A DNA stretch of 64,000 bases from a virus: IMG/VR virus record IMGVR_UViG_3300022723_000207, positions 1-64,000 of that record, one strand, 5' to 3'. The stretch's first letter is position 1. Each line of letters begins with the position of its first letter. Of this stretch, positions 60,453 through 64,000 are shown piece by piece. The notes below the pieces were generated by a model. It made no database searches. It had not been told where the DNA came from and saw nothing but the letters and a program-made list of their open reading frames with translations. Both the position numbers and the translations under genes were made by a program.

Positions 60453-60462
60453 CATAGTGTTT

Positions 60463-60493
60463 CTGATCCCCTCGCTTTTAGTGAGGGGATCAG
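60463..60493. terminator. Stem-loop after the tail tube gene
   Basis: ctgatcccctc ... gaggggatcag. Confidence 0.75.
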
Positions 60494-60526
60494 TGTATTC
60501 TGAAGTCTGTTGTTAGTAAATAGTGT

Positions 60527-61522
60527 ATGAGTAATGAGAACGAAGCCGAAAACGATGACATGGACCAGCTTCCAGATGCCGTCGTTAGAAATGCTGAGAG
60601 ACTACAGCAAGACAAGGAGGCTCAAGCTGAGTCCCTTGACCTGCTTGATGAACTTTTAGGTCATGTACAAAATAATTATATTCCTTGGGAGAAGGTCCAG
60701 CTTCCGAGTAAGGGGATCTATTACGGCGATCTTATGCCAGACGGTTGGCTTGAAGTCAAGCCGATGGGCGTGGATGTCGATAAGATGCTTACTAATCAAA
60801 GGCTGATTGCTAATGGTGAACTTTTAAATAAAGTGATTGAGGTTTGTACTCGTCTCCCAGATGGCTTTAGCATTCGTGATATGCTATCTGGTGATTTCAA
60901 CTTTTTGCTTTATTATCTTAGAGGCATCACTCACGGCCCTGATTATGAGTTTGTGGCGGATTGCCCTGCCTGTAAGACTAAGAATACTTTCACGTTTGAT
61001 CTTAGTGGTTTGAACGAAACTATTAACTGGGCTAATGAAGCATATCTAGAGGAACCCTTTGAGGTTGAGTTGCCTGTTCTTACTAAGTCGTTTGGTAAGA
61101 AAGTTTGCGCCCTTGTGCGGATGATCCGTGTAGACGACATTATGCGTATGGCTAGGCCAGGTGAAGATAAGGTCTTTGACCCTGTTCGTCGTGGTCGTGT
61201 TTCGGTTAGAAAGAAGAAAGATAAAACTATTATTCGTAACGATGGTCAAAACCTTGAACGGATTTACGAAGATAATATGAAATCGCAAATATTGGCTGTA
61301 ACGATTGATGGAGTAAGGTATGGAGATCGTGAAAAGTTGAATGCTATCATTGACCAGATGCATCAGAGGGATGCAGCAGAGATTAGAGATTTCTTGGATG
61401 ATGTTAGCCCAAGCATTGATACAACATTGGATGTAACTTGTGTCAATGACGAGTGCAAAAATGAATTTAGTGTAAACTTACCCTTTAACGAAAACTTTTT
61501 TCGCCCCAATAACCAGCATTGA
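60527..61522 (+). CDS. gp26-like baseplate hub/tail assembly chaperone
   Basis: VQLPSKGIYY, DFNFLLYYLRGITHG.Y...CPAC, VELP, C...C...LPFNENFFRP. Confidence 0.8.
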   Translation: MSNENEAENDDMDQLPDAVVRNAERLQQDKEAQAESLDLLDELLGHVQNNYIPWEKVQLPSKGIYYGDLMPDGWLEVKPMGVDVDKMLTNQRLIANGELLNKVIEVCTRLPDGFSIRDMLSGDFNFLLYYLRGITHGPDYEFVADCPACKTKNTFTFDLSGLNETINWANEAYLEEPFEVELPVLTKSFGKKVCALVRMIRVDDIMRMARPGEDKVFDPVRRGRVSVRKKKDKTIIRNDGQNLERIYEDNMKSQILAVTIDGVRYGDREKLNAIIDQMHQRDAAEIRDFLDDVSPSIDTTLDVTCVNDECKNEFSVNLPFNENFFRPNNQH

Positions 61523-61739
61523 CCTAGAGAAACAGTATTGGGGTATCTGGAATCAGATATTCTTACTTAAGGAGTATTGTGGTCTGAGTCTAGAAGAACA
61601 GCGGATGATGACTGCTGAGGAACGGGCTTGGTATTTATCTAGATATAATGAAGAAGTAAAGAAACGTAATGAAGATGAGAAGAGACATTCTCGTAATGCT
61701 CGTGCGCCCAGTGTATCAAGACCGAGCGTCAGAAGATAG
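61500..61739 (+). CDS. gp51-like frame with no start of its own (missing from ORF track)
   Basis: The +1 frame is open 61476-61739 and reads IDLEKQYWGIWNQIFLLKEYCGLSLEEQRMMTAEERAWYL...; the first ATG is only at 61605. Confidence 0.7.
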   Translation, partial: FAPITSIDLEKQYWGIWNQIFLLKEYCGLSLEEQRMMTAEERAWYLSRYNEEVKKRNEDEKRHSRNARAPSVSRPSVRR

Positions 61740-61756
61740 TAATGCAAATATAACCT

Positions 61757-62626
61757 ATGCCAACAAGAGAGCGTCTTAGTGGTGCTGTATGTGAAGATAT
61801 TGCTCTCAACGTACAGTTCTTAAATAGCGGTGTTCCAGCGGATCCATCTGCCATATGTTCAGTAAAGATTTATAAGTGTTCAGTTAGCCAAGAGAATTTG
61901 GTGACTGAGGTTGTGTTCCCAGAGCCAACTGATAATGATTTCGATTTATCTAATGAGTTTGTTTATGGAGGCATGCTCCAGCGGTGCAATGATACTTCCG
62001 ATCCTGCCCTTTGCGGTACTGATGTGGAGCCCCAGTTTACTCCTGGATGTTTTGTACTAAATCTTAATCTGTGTCCGGATGTGTTTGAGCCTGGTGTTTA
62101 TTTTGATGTGTGGAATTTTGTAGGTACTGCATGCGATCCTTGTGAAGGTACTGATGTTACTTCGGTCACAGATGCTAGCATTTGTGCTGATGAGACGCAA
62201 CTTCAGAGTCAATGTAATAAATTCTTCGTAAGTGATCGTGGTTGGTTTGTAGATGATGGCCTTAAGAATATTAGGTTAGGGTTCGAACCACTAGATAAAA
62301 GGTTCCAGCAGCCAGAGAAGCGGTATCTTGAAGTTGGCTTGACTCCGTTACCGCTATATGATTTTGATACAGATAAAATTCAAGCAATTTTGCCGTCGTT
62401 AAGTGCCACAATCACAATTCAGACGGCTTGTTTTGAGTTGTTGGTTGACGCAGAACCAATGAAAGTTGGGTTGAGGCAAGGGTCTTACCGCTCTAATCCA
62501 TATATTTTAAAATATCTTTTAGATACTAACAGATTTCTAAAGGGTACATATCGATATCGGGTAGACGTACAACTACCTGATGGTCAAACTAGATCGTCAC
62601 CTTATTTCACTCTGGCTATAAGATGA
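61757..62626 (+). CDS. Cys-rich hypothetical structural protein
   Basis: 289 aa, Ig-like C-terminus (GTYRYRV), CAAATA upstream. Confidence 0.65.
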   Translation: MPTRERLSGAVCEDIALNVQFLNSGVPADPSAICSVKIYKCSVSQENLVTEVVFPEPTDNDFDLSNEFVYGGMLQRCNDTSDPALCGTDVEPQFTPGCFVLNLNLCPDVFEPGVYFDVWNFVGTACDPCEGTDVTSVTDASICADETQLQSQCNKFFVSDRGWFVDDGLKNIRLGFEPLDKRFQQPEKRYLEVGLTPLPLYDFDTDKIQAILPSLSATITIQTACFELLVDAEPMKVGLRQGSYRSNPYILKYLLDTNRFLKGTYRYRVDVQLPDGQTRSSPYFTLAIR

Positions 62627-63102
62627 AGATTTTAAATCAATCAGGGATTAGAAAAATCATAAAGTATCTAGGAGAAGACCGCTTCGCCTTGGCGAAACCC
62701 TATGGTCTTGATTGCTTACTAGGCAAAGTAACGCAAGAAGACAAAGAGAAATTATCGGAGATTGGTGTTACGCTTCATCCGTGTAGTAATGATGGCGTCT
62801 TATTTGAAGCGACATTATCTGAAGAAGCATCATTAGATAGCACTAAGGTAGAGCCAGAAGATCCAACCAGCTCAGAAGAGCCAAAACAGGTTGGTGATGG
62901 CATACCAGAGGGTGAAGTTAGAAAATTAGCTAACGCATTGATTCCTTATTTGGAAAGAAACTTTCCGACTAAGGAAGAACTTAATGATATTTTGAGTGCT
63001 CTGCAAGCTCAAGCGATTGATCCTGAGGAAATGATTGATGGTCTTAAAATGCAGATTAAAAGAATAAAGAAACAGTCTCGGGTTAATGATGAAGTTGGGT
63101 GA
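62623..63102 (+). CDS. Hypothetical protein
   Basis: ATGA overlap. Confidence 0.6.
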   Translation: MKILNQSGIRKIIKYLGEDRFALAKPYGLDCLLGKVTQEDKEKLSEIGVTLHPCSNDGVLFEATLSEEASLDSTKVEPEDPTSSEEPKQVGDGIPEGEVRKLANALIPYLERNFPTKEELNDILSALQAQAIDPEEMIDGLKMQIKRIKKQSRVNDEVG

Positions 63103-63364
63103 TCTTAATCAGAATAATATCGATTTAGGCCACAGTAGAACTGTGGAAGGTGACTCTTTTGAATTCGCTGTTCCCATGAATATGCGCCAGATTGATAAAG
63201 CTAATATCGATGACGACGAGGATGAAATTGATTATTCAGATGATTTTGATGATGATATCGATCATGATAAATTAATTAATTTGTTACATGTTGCAAAATC
63301 TTGGGCACCTAAGAGGGATCTTCCAGATATGCGGAAGGTTCCCAATACGGCAAACGTAATGTAA
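63086..63364 (+). CDS. Acidic hypothetical protein
   Basis: 92-aa ORF. Confidence 0.6.
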   Translation: MMKLGDLNQNNIDLGHSRTVEGDSFEFAVPMNMRQIDKANIDDDEDEIDYSDDFDDDIDHDKLINLLHVAKSWAPKRDLPDMRKVPNTANVM

Positions 63365-63376
63365 TTGGAGGCATCC

Positions 63377-64000
63377 ATGTTTGGATTCGATGACAAAATG
63401 ACTAGTCTGTTTTCTGTTAACGATGAGATTATCGTTGAACAGGATGATGATCAGAGGGATTGGACTAATATCCCAAATCCAAAGCCTGGAAAGACTCTTG
63501 ATGATCTAAAGGGTGTCAAGTTGCCTTTAGAGAGTGGTTGGACTGAAGAAGAATTAGTGTCTGCACTTAAGCCCACTTTAATCGCTGCTGCTCGCAAGTA
63601 TGATACTCCTAACTTTAGTCAGGATGAAGCTTTAATGGCGGCTATGGAAGGCATTTTTGACGCGATTAGGACTGATAAAGGAATTGCACCGTTTACAACG
63701 CACGTGTTTCCAGCTATTAAGAGTAAGACCATGCGTGCGGCAGCTGGTACGCGTGATTTTCCAACGTCCAATGTGTCTGGAGTTAAACCTCACGAAGGCG
63801 GTAAGACAGATTTCTTAAAAGGATCCAAAGCGACCGTTAGCGCAGATACGCCGGTAGATGATGAATCGGGCGGCGGATCTCATGTAGCCAGAATGTCTAG
63901 CGATGCTGACTCTGGTGAAAGAGCTGCTCAAGAACAGATGAATACAGTTAAATTGTTGAATAATTTGTTCTCTTCTGAGGAAGTTGGTCTTAATAAGCAA
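63377..64000 (+). CDS. Sigma-70-family RNA polymerase sigma factor (3' partial, missing from ORF track)
   Basis: GGAGG plus ATG at 63377, open to the window end. Region-2-like LIAAARKY...QDEALMAAMEGIFDAIRTDKGIAPFTTHVFPAI; region-3-like VSADTPVDDE. Confidence 0.65.
   Translation, partial: MFGFDDKMTSLFSVNDEIIVEQDDDQRDWTNIPNPKPGKTLDDLKGVKLPLESGWTEEELVSALKPTLIAAARKYDTPNFSQDEALMAAMEGIFDAIRTDKGIAPFTTHVFPAIKSKTMRAAAGTRDFPTSNVSGVKPHEGGKTDFLKGSKATVSADTPVDDESGGGSHVARMSSDADSGERAAQEQMNTVKLLNNLFSSEEVGLNKQ

Noticed and set aside
46584-61739. Extracellular contractile injection system or tailocin
   Set aside because: Neck genes, replication genes and homing endonucleases indicate a complete phage.
1-64000. 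Stop-codon reassignment
   Set aside because: Conserved genes are full length in the standard code and end in TAA, TAG and TGA.
63815-64000. Minus-strand 61-aa ORF
   Set aside because: It is antisense to the sigma-like gene, which has an RBS and recognisable motifs.

Overview
This 64-kb window is part of a large, T4-like/jumbo contractile-tailed dsDNA phage genome read in the standard genetic code. No tRNA, rRNA or CRISPR array was seen. Family calls come from motif recognition only, with no database search. Modules: (i) a gene of over 1300 codons for a serine-rich repeat protein, open from the window start, converging on a glycan cluster; (ii) about 11 glycan-building or glycan-decorating genes in three clusters (GT-A/GT2, double GT8-like, GT2+GT7-like with an intein, GT-B, UDP-xylose synthase, methyltransferases, sulfotransferase); (iii) fibre/adhesin genes; (iv) an actin-like ATPase, an Hc1-like protein and a Nal1-type protease; (v) recombination and replication genes (RecA, DnaB-type helicase, minimal PolA, UvsY-like, gp32-like SSB, 5'-3' exonuclease, primase); (vi) baseplate, neck, sheath and tube genes and a partial sigma factor; (vii) four AT-rich mobile endonuclease elements. 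The best candidate new system is a phage-encoded proteoglycan/mucin-like glycoprotein coat, in which two of the glycan genes are frameshifted at their 5' ends (a T17 tract and an AATT duplication). Also notable: an unannotated ~500-nt structured RNA, a nuclease-Mom fusion, a DUF4254-like gene split by a LAGLIDADG gene, a likely +1/-2 frameshift joining gp26-like and gp51-like frames, and two promoter-like motifs placed for leaderless mRNAs.
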